A stretch of DNA of 64,000 bases from an uncultured Bacteroidota bacterium (GTDB lineage: Bacteria > Bacteroidota > Ignavibacteria > Kryptoniales > JAKASW01): positions 1,227,263 through 1,291,262 of the forward strand of contig OY969815.1 in the NCBI GenBank assembly GCA_963703365.1. The letters are read 5' to 3'. Every line of letters starts with the position of its first letter. Positions within the stretch are counted from its first letter, which is position 1. The notes under the pieces were generated by a model. The model saw nothing but the letters and a program-made list of their open reading frames with translations. It was not told where the DNA came from and searched no databases. Shown here piece after piece: positions 36,432-46,558 of the stretch. The translations under genes were made by a program, and so were the position numbers.

Positions 36432-37326
36432 TGAGCGTGGAAGCGTTGCCGGGTCATACTATTATCGGCAGTATGAAATAAGAAGAATTTATTCTCGAAA
36501 TTTTTATCGAGGCTTATTCATCGCATTGGCAGTCCATGCGGCTTTTATATTTCTTCTTTTTTTATACGAGCCAATCTACAAACAGCCGCCGGACATCGAA
36601 AAACTTCTTCCACCTCTGAATACCAATTATGAACTGATCGAAGTGAGAATTGCGGGACAGAATGCAGCAGGTATGGATGTTAAAGGTTCAGGTGGAGGAG
36701 AAGGTACAATCAAGGAAAACGCGGGAGCAGCATTCGGAAATGTAAATCTTGCTCCCGTATCAAATGAAAATACGATAAATCCTAATGCCTCGATTGTTCC
36801 TCACTCGCTCCAAGGACCGGGGATGAATGATATTGTCGGGACCAACCGCAATCCTGACTACTTTGACACCGTTAGTGGGTATAATGGTACGGCACAAAAC
36901 GGGGAAGGGTCCGGCGGGGGAAAGGGCAATGGAATTGGCAACAAAAGCGGCAATGGTGCAGGCTTTACGGATAAGCCGGGATTCGGTGGAGGATTTGGAG
37001 ATAAGTACGTGCCCGGCAACCCTGCGAACAATTCTGCAACTGGTACCCCGTATCAGATTTCGTGGAATGGAGTATCGAGAGCTTTAGTTGCCGGCGACAG
37101 ACCACAATTCCCGGACGGTGTTCAGCATGGGGGTACGGTAAAAATAAGGATAACGGTTGACCCGTCGGGAAATGTGCTTGCGATGGTACCTATTCAAAAA
37201 GCCGATTCGCGTCTCGAAGAAGCAGCAATGGCTGCAATTCGTACATGGAGGTTTAGCAAACTTGCCAGAAATTATTCTCAGATCGAACAGCAAGCTACAG
37301 CGACATTTGTTTTTAAACTTGAGTAA
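36397..37326 (+). CDS. TonB-family energy transducer-like protein
   Basis: TM helix with His, Gly-rich linker, G-x-V-x-I-x-ITVD-x-x-G-x-V…A-x-x-AIRTWRF; start uncertain. Confidence 0.8.
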   Translation: MEQMSGLYQRNDERGSVAGSYYYRQYEIRRIYSRNFYRGLFIALAVHAAFIFLLFLYEPIYKQPPDIEKLLPPLNTNYELIEVRIAGQNAAGMDVKGSGGGEGTIKENAGAAFGNVNLAPVSNENTINPNASIVPHSLQGPGMNDIVGTNRNPDYFDTVSGYNGTAQNGEGSGGGKGNGIGNKSGNGAGFTDKPGFGGGFGDKYVPGNPANNSATGTPYQISWNGVSRALVAGDRPQFPDGVQHGGTVKIRITVDPSGNVLAMVPIQKADSRLEEAAMAAIRTWRFSKLARNYSQIEQQATATFVFKLE

Positions 37327-37367
37327 GAAGAGACTATCTGAAAAGATTAAATTCAGATAAAAATTCC

Positions 37368-38099
37368 TTGAACATCCGACCGAGGTTAGAAGTCGTAACA
37401 TCAAAATTACGAAACTCATTTCGGGTCCCGCATCGTAAACGCAAGCTGCCGGATCCGCTTGAACTTCTCATAGCGACCATATTGTCACAGAATACAAACG
37501 ACGTGAACAGCCACAGAGCTTTCACAAATCTAAAGAATGCTTATCCAAACTTTTTATCTCTCTCAAATGTCCAGCCGCGAAGAATAGAGTCGTTAATAAG
37601 AATCGGCGGAATCGCGAATAAGAAAAGCAAAACCATAGTTCACATTGTCAAAGAGATAAAATCAAATTTCGAGAAATTCGATCGAAGAAATTTACGGCGT
37701 TTTTTAAGGGAAAATCTCATTGAGAAACTCTGTAACATGAATGGCGTCGGATACAAAACTGCTGCATGCGTATCTCTATTTGCCCTTGGCGACGACGATG
37801 CTTTTCCGGTTGATACGCACGTGCATCGGATTCTCAACAGACTCGGCATAGTTGAAGAGAAAACCCCGGACAAAACTTATTTACGAGTTAAAGATTCGAT
37901 ACCAGAACATCGCGGCTATGAGCTTCATATAAACCTGATAAAGTTCGGAAGAAAAACCTGCACAGCGCATAAGCCCAAATGCTACGAATGTCTTTTATTT
38001 GATCTGTGCAATTGGAAGGAAAAGGCGCTTCAAATGCCGGACAAAGCCGCAAAGATCGATAAGGAAAAAGTCGAATTTATGCTCCTTGAAAAAGTTTGA
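37368..38099 (+). CDS. nth: Endonuclease III-like HhH-GPD glycosylase
   Basis: LIATILSQNT, GVG-x-KTA, FPVDTHV-x-R, C-x6-C-x2-C-x5-C. Confidence 0.88.
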   Translation: MNIRPRLEVVTSKLRNSFRVPHRKRKLPDPLELLIATILSQNTNDVNSHRAFTNLKNAYPNFLSLSNVQPRRIESLIRIGGIANKKSKTIVHIVKEIKSNFEKFDRRNLRRFLRENLIEKLCNMNGVGYKTAACVSLFALGDDDAFPVDTHVHRILNRLGIVEEKTPDKTYLRVKDSIPEHRGYELHINLIKFGRKTCTAHKPKCYECLLFDLCNWKEKALQMPDKAAKIDKEKVEFMLLEKV

Positions 38100-38179
38100 A
38101 ATCTCACGTTGTCCTCATTTTTCAAAGGGATATTCATAGGGATTCAGTTATTGCATTTTAATTGACTTTTGATTAAGTA

Positions 38180-39166
38180 ATGATGATGGAACCAAGAGAA
38201 CAACCGCGGGCACCAATGATAAGCGGAATAAATGTCATCGGAGAAAATGTAGATGTCGATTATTCCGCAAATCTGGTAAACATAGTCCTATTTTTTGATT
38301 CCGTTTCGAGAATTTCTCTTGAAAGTTTGGACACGGTTCAACTTTTTGCGCAGCGCTATGAGAAATTGTCGGTAGGATTCTGGTACGTGATGGAGCCGAG
38401 ACTCTCCTGCATGTATCGAGGAAATATTGCGCGAGCCGCATTGGAAAGATTGGGCTTGTTTGCAAACGCAGTCTTTGATGCTAATAGCATGATTGTCTTG
38501 CGGGCAGGGATTAAAGTGGTTCCGGCGGTGATGGTAATAGATTCAAACTCATTCATCAGATCACAGTACGAAGGAGAAATAAGTTTTCGTGAGATAGAGC
38601 GTGCCATTCAAGCGCGCCTTGCTCTATCAGGATACAGGGATGATCTGCCGACAGTTGGAGGGATGGAATTCCATATTTCTCGTTTGCGTGGTGGATCGGT
38701 AATGCGGCAATTGGGTTACGCGACGGGCGATTATTTATTCACGAGCTTGGTTGTCCCCGAATCCGATCAGCAATTCTCGCTCCCCGACTTTTGTTTGCCC
38801 GACGCAATCTATCCGTGCGGTCCGTGGTTTGTTGGAAGAGATTTCATTGAAGGCAAAACTGGAAGCACAGTCTATATCAGTTGCTCGAAAGACGAATCGG
38901 TTCATATCTTTGCCGGGTCTGAAGAGAACGCCGCCGTGAAAATTCACACCTCTATCGAATCGGATCAGCATATCATTCTCGGAAAAGATGTGGCAAGAAA
39001 CGGCAATGCTATCGAAATAGCTATTGATGACTTCCGTTCGTATGAAGTGCTTGCAGCTTCCGGAGACGCGGATGTCCTGATTAGTTTACAAGTGTGCTCC
39101 GGGTCGGTGAAATTATATTGTGTAGAGTATTGCCAACACAATCCAGTCGTTCATATCAATATTTGA
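38180..39166 (+). CDS. DipZ-like thioredoxin-fold protein lacking CxxC
   Basis: Aligns by eye to the DipZ redoxin and C-terminal beta domains; FFDSVSRIS replaces FW-x-x-x-C-x-x-C. Confidence 0.65.
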   Translation: MMMEPREQPRAPMISGINVIGENVDVDYSANLVNIVLFFDSVSRISLESLDTVQLFAQRYEKLSVGFWYVMEPRLSCMYRGNIARAALERLGLFANAVFDANSMIVLRAGIKVVPAVMVIDSNSFIRSQYEGEISFREIERAIQARLALSGYRDDLPTVGGMEFHISRLRGGSVMRQLGYATGDYLFTSLVVPESDQQFSLPDFCLPDAIYPCGPWFVGRDFIEGKTGSTVYISCSKDESVHIFAGSEENAAVKIHTSIESDQHIILGKDVARNGNAIEIAIDDFRSYEVLAASGDADVLISLQVCSGSVKLYCVEYCQHNPVVHINI

Positions 39167-39306
39167 TAGTCCACAAATTTTCGAAAGTTTTTCCAGTCCA
39201 ATAATCCGTTATTCGAATGACGAAACTTTCCGAAGGTTACATGTCATTGCCCTTTCCGCGGCCAAACGTTAGATTATAACCATTCTTTCACAAAAAATCT
39301 AAAGCT

Positions 39307-40287
39307 ATGGAAACTAGACTTATTGAATCAATTAAATCAAAAGCAAAAACATTGAATCGCCACATCGTATTGCCCGATGCGATGGACGAACGTGCCATAA
39401 TTGCAGCACGCAAAATTACGGATCAGTCAATAGCCAGAATTTCTCTCATCGGCAAAGAAAAGGACGTTCGCAAAAAATCGGAAGAAGCTGGTGCTAACCT
39501 TAACGGAATTGCCGTCGTTGATCCCGAAAATCACGATAATGCGGAACGATATGCAAAGACTTTCTATGAAATGAGGAAATCGAAAGGCATTACTCCCGAA
39601 CAAGCAGTTGAGACCATGAAGCACCCTCTCTTTTTCGGGGCCATGATGCTTAAAGATGGGATTGCCGATGGAAGCGTTGCAGGTTCTCTTTCAACAACTG
39701 GTGATGTGCTGCGTGCGGGAATTCAAGTGATTGGGATGCAAGATGGAATTTCGATTGTATCAAGTTTTTTCTTAATTATTTTTCCACATAAGGTTTATAC
39801 GTTTGCCGATTGCGGTGTTGTTCCGTATCCTACCGTGGAACAGCTTGCCGACATTGCAATCACTACAGCGGAAAATCACCGCAAAGTAGTCGGTGAGGAG
39901 CCGCGGGTCGCAATGCTTTCATTCTCGACCAAGGGAAGTGCCAAGCACGAGATGGTTGATAAGGTGGTACAAGCGACCGAAGTAGCAAAGAAGAAAGCGC
40001 CGCATTTGAAGATCGACGGCGAGCTTCAACTTGATGCTGCAATCGTTCCTGATGTCGCGAAGAGAAAGGCGCCGGCAAGTGCCGTTGCCGGTGAAGCGAA
40101 CGTTCTGATTTTTCCGAACCTCGATGCGGGCAATATCGGTTATAAGATGGCACAGCGTATGGGCGGCGCAGACGCGCTCGGACCACTTGTGCAAGGATTG
40201 AAAAAACCCGCATTTGACCTTTCACGCGGATGCAGCGTCCAGGATATTGTTGACGTTGTTGCGGTCAATTGTGTAATGGGAGTGTAA
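39307..40287 (+). CDS. pta: Phosphate acetyltransferase
   Basis: FADCGV, PRVAMLSFSTKGSA, DGELQLDAA, FPNLDAGNIGYK, DLSRGCS. Confidence 0.95.
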   Translation: METRLIESIKSKAKTLNRHIVLPDAMDERAIIAARKITDQSIARISLIGKEKDVRKKSEEAGANLNGIAVVDPENHDNAERYAKTFYEMRKSKGITPEQAVETMKHPLFFGAMMLKDGIADGSVAGSLSTTGDVLRAGIQVIGMQDGISIVSSFFLIIFPHKVYTFADCGVVPYPTVEQLADIAITTAENHRKVVGEEPRVAMLSFSTKGSAKHEMVDKVVQATEVAKKKAPHLKIDGELQLDAAIVPDVAKRKAPASAVAGEANVLIFPNLDAGNIGYKMAQRMGGADALGPLVQGLKKPAFDLSRGCSVQDIVDVVAVNCVMGV

Positions 40288-40415
40288 GAGGAACCATGGG
40301 TGATCGTCCCTCCGAAGATAGCGGTCGCCTTATCGCCTGCTTTTTTTCTCGCTATGCGTGTGCTAATTTCTTATTTAGATAAGGCAAATCAAACCGGATC
40401 AAAATTTTTGATTAG

Positions 40416-41240
40416 ATGACAAAAGAAATATCTATCTGTAAAATAAAAATCGGTAACGGCAATCCGCTCGTTATAATTGCCGGTCCATGCGTTGTCGAAA
40501 GCCGGGAGCTTGCCTTGAAAGTTGCACGGGATGCGAAAAAGATAACCGGAAACCTTGGCTTGCCGTATATTTACAAGTCGAGTTATAAGAAAGCGAATCG
40601 CACCAGTGGGAAATCTTTTGTCGGAATTGGAATGGATCAAGCTTTGAAAATTCTCGAGGAAGTAAAAAGAGAATTTGATCTGCCGATCCTGACGGATGTT
40701 CATTCCGAAGCTGAAGTTGAAGCAGCATCGGAAGTCGCCGACGTCCTCCAAATTCCGGCGTTCCTTTGCAGACAGACTGATCTTTTACAAACTGCCGGCA
40801 AAACAGGGAAAGCTGTAAACATAAAGAAGGGCCAATTCATGGCGCCGGAAGATATGCAGCTTCAAGCGGAAAAAATTGTTATAGTAGGAAATTCCAGAGT
40901 GATGTTGACAGAACGGGGCACAAGCTTCGGTTATCATAATCTTATTGTGGATATGAGGTCGCTGGTGATAATGCGGGAGAGCGGTTTCCCTGTCATACTT
41001 GACATAACTCATTCTCTCCAGTTGCCGGGTGGTGAGAAAGATAAGACAGGAGGCCAGCCGGAATATATTTTCCCGATTGCGCGCGCAGGTGTTGCTGTTG
41101 GTGTCGACGGAATTTTTCTCGAAACTCATCCCGAGCCGGCTAAAGCGCTGAGCGACGTTTCAACTCAATTACCATTTGATAAGTTTGCACTTCTTCTTGA
41201 GCAGGTGAAGAAGATTGATTTGCTGAGACGCGAACTGTGA
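40416..41240 (+). CDS. kdsA: KDO-8-phosphate synthase
   Basis: IAGPCVVES, KANRTS, QIPAFLCRQTDL, KKGQF, ERGTSFGY. Confidence 0.97.
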   Translation: MTKEISICKIKIGNGNPLVIIAGPCVVESRELALKVARDAKKITGNLGLPYIYKSSYKKANRTSGKSFVGIGMDQALKILEEVKREFDLPILTDVHSEAEVEAASEVADVLQIPAFLCRQTDLLQTAGKTGKAVNIKKGQFMAPEDMQLQAEKIVIVGNSRVMLTERGTSFGYHNLIVDMRSLVIMRESGFPVILDITHSLQLPGGEKDKTGGQPEYIFPIARAGVAVGVDGIFLETHPEPAKALSDVSTQLPFDKFALLLEQVKKIDLLRREL

Positions 41241-41264
41241 AATGTTTCGATAGGATGAACATAA

Positions 41265-41771
41265 ATGACTAAACTTCAGTCTCTCCTTCCGAAATTAAAA
41301 AAGATCAAGGCAATTTTTCTTGATGTTGACGGCGTTCTGACCGACGGAACTGTTATTTACGGCAACGATGGCCTCGAGCTAAAAGTTTTCGATTCCCAAG
41401 ATGGTTTCGGTATAACAAGCGCAATACAGAGCGGTATAAAAGTGGGGATAATAACTGGACGAAAATCGGATGTTGTTAAGAGGCGGGCGGCTGAACTTGG
41501 CATAGTGGATCTTTACCAAGGCTCCATCGATAAAGTTACTCCACTCGAAGAAATAAAAAGTGTGCATTCACTCGACGAGTCAGAGATTGCCTACGTTGGG
41601 GATGACATTCTAGATCTGCCGATTCTGATGAAAGTTGGGTTCAGTGCAGCACCGGCAAATTCTGTGCATAAAGTGAAGATGAGAGTTGACTATGTGAGCA
41701 AGGCGCGAGGTGGTCAGGGTGCGGTTCGTGAGGTGATCGATTTGATTTTGAACGCGCAAAAGAAGTTGTGA
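41265..41771 (+). CDS. kdsC: KDO-8-phosphate phosphatase
   Basis: DVDGVLTDG, ITGR, YVGDD-x-x-D, GG-x-GAVRE. Confidence 0.95.
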   Translation: MTKLQSLLPKLKKIKAIFLDVDGVLTDGTVIYGNDGLELKVFDSQDGFGITSAIQSGIKVGIITGRKSDVVKRRAAELGIVDLYQGSIDKVTPLEEIKSVHSLDESEIAYVGDDILDLPILMKVGFSAAPANSVHKVKMRVDYVSKARGGQGAVREVIDLILNAQKKL

Positions 41772-41833
41772 ACAACTTTATATTTCAAATTTTTGTTTCG
41801 GCTTAGTAGAATCAGAATCTAAGGTTTAGAATT

Positions 41834-42811
41834 ATGGACACTATTAAAAAAGGGAAAGAAGTCGTTAGGATCGAAGCCGAGGCGGTGCGCGCCCTCGAAA
41901 GCAAAATCAATGGCGCATTTGCTGGCGCAGTCGATCTGATTGAAAAAATAAATGGACGCGTCGTCATTACAGGAATGGGAAAATCAGGTCTTATTGCACG
42001 CAAGATCGTTGCGACAATGAACTCAACCGGGACACCTGCAATTTACATGCACACGAGCGATGCAATCCACGGCGATTTGGGAATGGTCAGGCCTGACGAT
42101 GTAGTTATATGCGTTTCGAAAAGCGGCGATACCGATGAAATCCTTCAGCTTATTCCGATGTTCAAAAGGATAGGAGTGTCGGTTATCTCAATAATCGGAA
42201 GCAAAAATTCCAAGTTGGGTAGGGAAAGCGAATTTGTTCTTGATGCAAGTGTTGAGCAGGAAGCTTGTCCATACGGCTTGGCTCCGACTGCTTCCACAAC
42301 TGCCGCGCTCGTCATCGGTGATGCACTTGCAATCGCACTGCTTGATCGGAAGAATTTCACCGAGGAAGAATTTGCAATGTTCCATCCGGGCGGAAACATC
42401 GGGAAAAGACTCTTCCTAAAAGTTGAAGACTTGATGGTGAAGGGAAAAGACATGCCGAAAGTTTTGAACACAGCGACGCTAAGGGAAACAATTCTCGTGA
42501 TGACTTCCGGGAGACTGGGTGCCACTTGCGTTGTCAATTCTTCCGGCGAACTTGCAGGAATTATAACGGACGGTGATTTGCGGCGGCTTCTTCAAAAGAA
42601 TGTTGATTTTTCGCAGATGACCGTGGATGATGTGATGACGAAAACCCCTAAGGTGATCAGACAAAACAGTTTGGCTGTTGCTGCGATAGAGGAGATGGAA
42701 AACTTTAATATTACTCAATTGATCGTGGTAGATGATATTCATCATCCTGTCGGCATGCTCCATCTCCATGATCTCGTTAAAGCCGGGCTTTCTTCGAAAT
42801 CCGAATCATGA
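41834..42811 (+). CDS. kdsD: Arabinose-5-phosphate isomerase (KpsF/GutQ, SIS + CBS)
   Basis: GMGKSG, HGDLG, EACP-x-x-LAPTAST, FHPGG, ITDGDLRR. Confidence 0.95.
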   Translation: MDTIKKGKEVVRIEAEAVRALESKINGAFAGAVDLIEKINGRVVITGMGKSGLIARKIVATMNSTGTPAIYMHTSDAIHGDLGMVRPDDVVICVSKSGDTDEILQLIPMFKRIGVSVISIIGSKNSKLGRESEFVLDASVEQEACPYGLAPTASTTAALVIGDALAIALLDRKNFTEEEFAMFHPGGNIGKRLFLKVEDLMVKGKDMPKVLNTATLRETILVMTSGRLGATCVVNSSGELAGIITDGDLRRLLQKNVDFSQMTVDDVMTKTPKVIRQNSLAVAAIEEMENFNITQLIVVDDIHHPVGMLHLHDLVKAGLSSKSES

Positions 42812-43368
42812 GGAACATTCCCCCGAAGATTTTTCTGATTCTTATATTGACTTTCAGCTATGAGCTATTAGCCACGAGCTTTTGGGGATGCGAGGAAAAA
42901 TTAAAACCGACGATTGTGTCGGTTCACGGAAAATTACCCGATCAGGAAAGCTGGAACTCTACAATTCAGTTCAGCGACAGTGGAGTAACGAAGGGTATCC
43001 TGAAAGCCGGACACGTTTTAGTCTTTAATAACGATAACATGACTTACCTAGGCGATAGCATTCGAGTGGACTTTTTCGACGACTCAGGAAACCATACAAG
43101 TTATCTCACCGCCGACAGCGGTATCGTGAATAGTCAAACTAATGACCTCGAAGCAATTGGAAACGTTTATACTCACAGCGATAGTGGAACATCTCTCTGG
43201 ACACAGCAACTGTTTTGGAACAACAAGACTCAGAAGGTCACTTCAGATGTTTTCGTGAGAATTGTTTCACCGAAAGAAACATTGCAAGGTATGGGATTCG
43301 AATCCGACCGCGATCTTCGCAATTATAGGATATTCAATGTTAGCGGCGAGGCAAAAGGTTCGCAATGA
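42808..43368 (+). CDS. lptC: LPS export protein LptC
   Basis: PDQESW, LTADSG, L-x-T-x-x-L-x-W, G-x-GFESD; located between kdsD and lptA/lptB. Confidence 0.85.
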   Translation: MRNIPPKIFLILILTFSYELLATSFWGCEEKLKPTIVSVHGKLPDQESWNSTIQFSDSGVTKGILKAGHVLVFNNDNMTYLGDSIRVDFFDDSGNHTSYLTADSGIVNSQTNDLEAIGNVYTHSDSGTSLWTQQLFWNNKTQKVTSDVFVRIVSPKETLQGMGFESDRDLRNYRIFNVSGEAKGSQ

Positions 43369-44738
43369 ATTTGATTCGGTGGCAGGGAAGATATGATAAG
43401 CCGGAAGCCAGAAGTCAGATAGGCCCATTTATTTTCTATTTCTTACTCCTTACCTCATATTTTATACTTCCTGCTTCAGGTAATGCACAAGAGCAGCCTG
43501 TTCGATTGATTCACGCCGACAGTTTGATAGGTTACACAATTGGTGTAGATAATTACCGCGAGTTGATCGGGCACGTAACGATGCAGCATGAGAATACGAT
43601 TCTCAACTGCGACCGCGCTGTTCAGAATTTCACTCAAGACATCGTCGACCTTTACGGCAGCGTGAATGTGAAAGACGATACCCTTACGTTGATTACTAAG
43701 CAAGCTCGCTATTTCGCAAAAGCAAAAACCGTTTCGAGCGACAGCGCGGTCTATCTTAACGACAGGCGGCGCACACTGACCGCTGACAGAGGAACTTATA
43801 ACACCGATACTAAAGTGGCACAGTTTTACGGCAATGTGTTCGTTCGCGACTCGTCATCTCAATTAACCTCCGAGCAGTTCGTTTATTATCGTAACGAAGG
43901 GAAAACCATTGCTGATGACGACGTCAAGATCAGGATCCTCGACAATAATGTCAGGGTCTATGGCTCTCATTTTGAAGATTACGATAAGAAGAATTACAGC
44001 TTAATGACAGGAGAGCCGCTGCTTGTGAAGATCGACACGAGTTCCGATGGTAAGATTGACACTCTTATGATCACATCACGGACAATGGCGGCGTACCGCG
44101 ACAGTGCCAACGAACGCTTCATTGCGGAAGACAGTGTTCAGGTTATTCACGATTCATTATCGGCTCGCTGCGGCCATGGAACATATTTTTCAAAAGACAG
44201 TATCGTGGTATTGCAAAGAAGTCCCGTCGTTTGGTATGGAGATAACCAGCTTACCGGCGATAGTATTGCAGTTTACATTCGCGACAAAAAAATAGATCAC
44301 GTAGATGTTGTAGAATCGGCATTCGCGGTTTCCCAAAGCGATTCGATTTACACGGACAGGTTCAACCAGATTAAAGGAAGAAGACTTACAATGTTTCTCT
44401 TAGACAGAAAGGTTGACCGCATCGTCGTTGAAAATAATGCTACCAGTTTGTATTATCTCTACGACAAAAATAGACCGAACGGACTCAACAAAGTGAGCGG
44501 CGACCGTGTCATTATGTACTTCAAAGATGGAAAAATCGACAGAATCGCTGTTGTAAGCGGGGTGGAAGGGAATTACTATCCGGAAAAACTTGTGAAGAAT
44601 AAGATATCCTTGTATAACCTTGCGGGCTTTGTGTATTACGAGAACAGGCCCGTGAAAAATGAATTTCCATTTCCGTCCGAAAAAATTCCGCCAGAAAGGA
44701 AACCCCAATTAAAATCAGCGCAAGTTAGAAATGGTTGA
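43365..44738 (+). CDS. OstA/LptA-like LPS transport protein
   Basis: LIHADSL, L-x-CDRA, repeated beta-jellyroll motifs; directly upstream of lptB. Confidence 0.85.
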   Translation: MNLIRWQGRYDKPEARSQIGPFIFYFLLLTSYFILPASGNAQEQPVRLIHADSLIGYTIGVDNYRELIGHVTMQHENTILNCDRAVQNFTQDIVDLYGSVNVKDDTLTLITKQARYFAKAKTVSSDSAVYLNDRRRTLTADRGTYNTDTKVAQFYGNVFVRDSSSQLTSEQFVYYRNEGKTIADDDVKIRILDNNVRVYGSHFEDYDKKNYSLMTGEPLLVKIDTSSDGKIDTLMITSRTMAAYRDSANERFIAEDSVQVIHDSLSARCGHGTYFSKDSIVVLQRSPVVWYGDNQLTGDSIAVYIRDKKIDHVDVVESAFAVSQSDSIYTDRFNQIKGRRLTMFLLDRKVDRIVVENNATSLYYLYDKNRPNGLNKVSGDRVIMYFKDGKIDRIAVVSGVEGNYYPEKLVKNKISLYNLAGFVYYENRPVKNEFPFPSEKIPPERKPQLKSAQVRNG

Positions 44739-45519
44739 TCATTTGGTGCAAGAAGAAAATTCTGTTCTGACTTCCACGAATGTCGGTAGCAGTATTCTTT
44801 ATTCCAGCAGTCTTCAAAAGCGCTATAAGAAAAGATATGTTGTGAACCAAGTTTCTGTTGAAGTGCGGCAAGGAGAAGTTGTCGGTTTGCTCGGGCCAAA
44901 CGGCGCGGGTAAGACGACGACTTTTTACATGATGGTTGGGATGATAAAGCCGAATTCCGGCAGTGTGTTTATTGACAATACAGAGATTACAAGTCTTCCG
45001 ATGTACAAGAGGGCGCGCCTTGGTATCGGTTACCTGCCGCAGGAAGCTTCAATCTTCAGAAAGATGACAGTTGAAGATAACATCATGGCTGTTCTTGAAT
45101 ACATGAAGATGAATCTCGAAGAGAGAAAAGAGCGGTGCGTTACACTCCTCGACGAGCTTGGGATCTCTTCCATTCGCAAGGCGCTTGGTTACGCTTTGAG
45201 CGGCGGTGAACGGCGGAGGACCGAGATCGCGCGTGCTCTTGCTTCTCAGCCAAAGTTCATGCTTTTGGACGAGCCGTTTGCCGGAATAGACCCACTTGCA
45301 GTGGAAGATATTATGAAGATTGTAGTCAATTTGAAAAAGCGTGGAATTGGAGTTTTGATAACCGACCATAATGTCCACGAGACACTTTCGATTGTGGACA
45401 GAGCATATCTTTTATTTGAAGGAAAAATTTTAAAATCGGGCACTTCGGAATTCCTTGCGAATGATCCTGAGACAAGAAAACTATATCTCGGAGAAAATTT
45501 CAGGCTGGATAGATACTGA
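44731..45519 (+). CDS. lptB: LPS export ABC ATPase
   Basis: GPNGAGKTTTFY, GYLPQEASIF, LSGGERRR, DEPFAG-x-DP, ITDHNV. Confidence 0.97.
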   Translation: MVDHLVQEENSVLTSTNVGSSILYSSSLQKRYKKRYVVNQVSVEVRQGEVVGLLGPNGAGKTTTFYMMVGMIKPNSGSVFIDNTEITSLPMYKRARLGIGYLPQEASIFRKMTVEDNIMAVLEYMKMNLEERKERCVTLLDELGISSIRKALGYALSGGERRRTEIARALASQPKFMLLDEPFAGIDPLAVEDIMKIVVNLKKRGIGVLITDHNVHETLSIVDRAYLLFEGKILKSGTSEFLANDPETRKLYLGENFRLDRY

Positions 45520-45587
45520 AGTAGCAGTAGATATCGAATTACTTATAATATTTTTGTTTTAACTCCAACAAATTCATTTTTCATAAA

Positions 45588-46292
45588 CTAGATTACTGAG
45601 TCGAAGTTCGTGATCGTTATTGCCTCGGTCGTCCAAAATGGTTCAGCATACCGGACTCCTGCCTGCCTGCCATAGTATCTCATTCTCCCAAGAAGGTATT
45701 CCATGAATTCAGGAGTTGAAAGCGCGGTTTCCGGGTCTTTGCTCGAAGGGTTGAAGAATTGCGACCTATGTGCTTTGATCGCGGCGACTTTCGTATCGAA
45801 GTCATTTGAGATATCGACGTAAAGCGTCGGAACAAATGTTCTATGTTGCATGTAATAAAATGCTCGTTTCGGTCTGTGAGGAAAAAGTTTTGCCGTCTTG
45901 AGTTTTCTTAAACCGGAATAAAAAATTGCTTCACTGACAAGCTGGTACACGTGAACATGGTCGGGATGCCTCTCTTCGCGGTATGGAGCAAATACTATTT
46001 CAGGCTGAAACTTTCTTATGACTTCTACAACTTTCAGAAGATTCCTGCGATTGATCTCAACGTTTGAATCGGCGATGCCCAGGTTAATGCGAACGTCGGC
46101 GCCGAGAATCTTTGCGGCATCATTTGCTTCAGTAGCCCGTATGGTTGCGTTGCCACGTGTTCCCATTTCGCCGCGTGTGAAGTCAACGATTCCGAACGGT
46201 TTTCCGTTTCTGTAAAGCATGGACAATGTTCCTCCGCAACTCATTTCCGCATCGTCGGGATGAGCACCGAAGGCAAGTGCAAAAAGTTTCAT
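45588..46292 (-). CDS. bshB1: Bacillithiol biosynthesis deacetylase (PIG-L family)
   Basis: GAHPDDAE, TRGEMGTRG, RHPDH, AHRSQF. Confidence 0.9.
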   Translation of the reverse strand: MKLFALAFGAHPDDAEMSCGGTLSMLYRNGKPFGIVDFTRGEMGTRGNATIRATEANDAAKILGADVRINLGIADSNVEINRRNLLKVVEVIRKFQPEIVFAPYREERHPDHVHVYQLVSEAIFYSGLRKLKTAKLFPHRPKRAFYYMQHRTFVPTLYVDISNDFDTKVAAIKAHRSQFFNPSSKDPETALSTPEFMEYLLGRMRYYGRQAGVRYAEPFWTTEAITITNFDSVI

Positions 46293-46462
46293 ATCTTTCT
46301 TGTCCTCAGAAAATATATTTAAAATTAATTATTATGGGATCATAACAGATCCGTAATGATCTAAGAATTTAGTTCAACGAAATCAAAATTCAAAAGTCAA
46401 AGGCTAAACGCGGAGTCAAGAATCAAATCGGCTATTGCTCCTTGACCTTTAGTAAAGCATCA

Positions 46463-46491
46463 TTGAAAATATCGGTTGAATATCTTATATT
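46463..46491 (+). promoter_or_regulatory. sigma70-like promoter
   Basis: TTGAAA-N17-TATATT upstream of 46559. Confidence 0.5.
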
Positions 46492-46558
46492 CATCCAAAA
46501 TGAACAGTTGGCGCGTCACCTTCCCGCAGACGGGATCTTAGATTTGTAAATTCCACGC

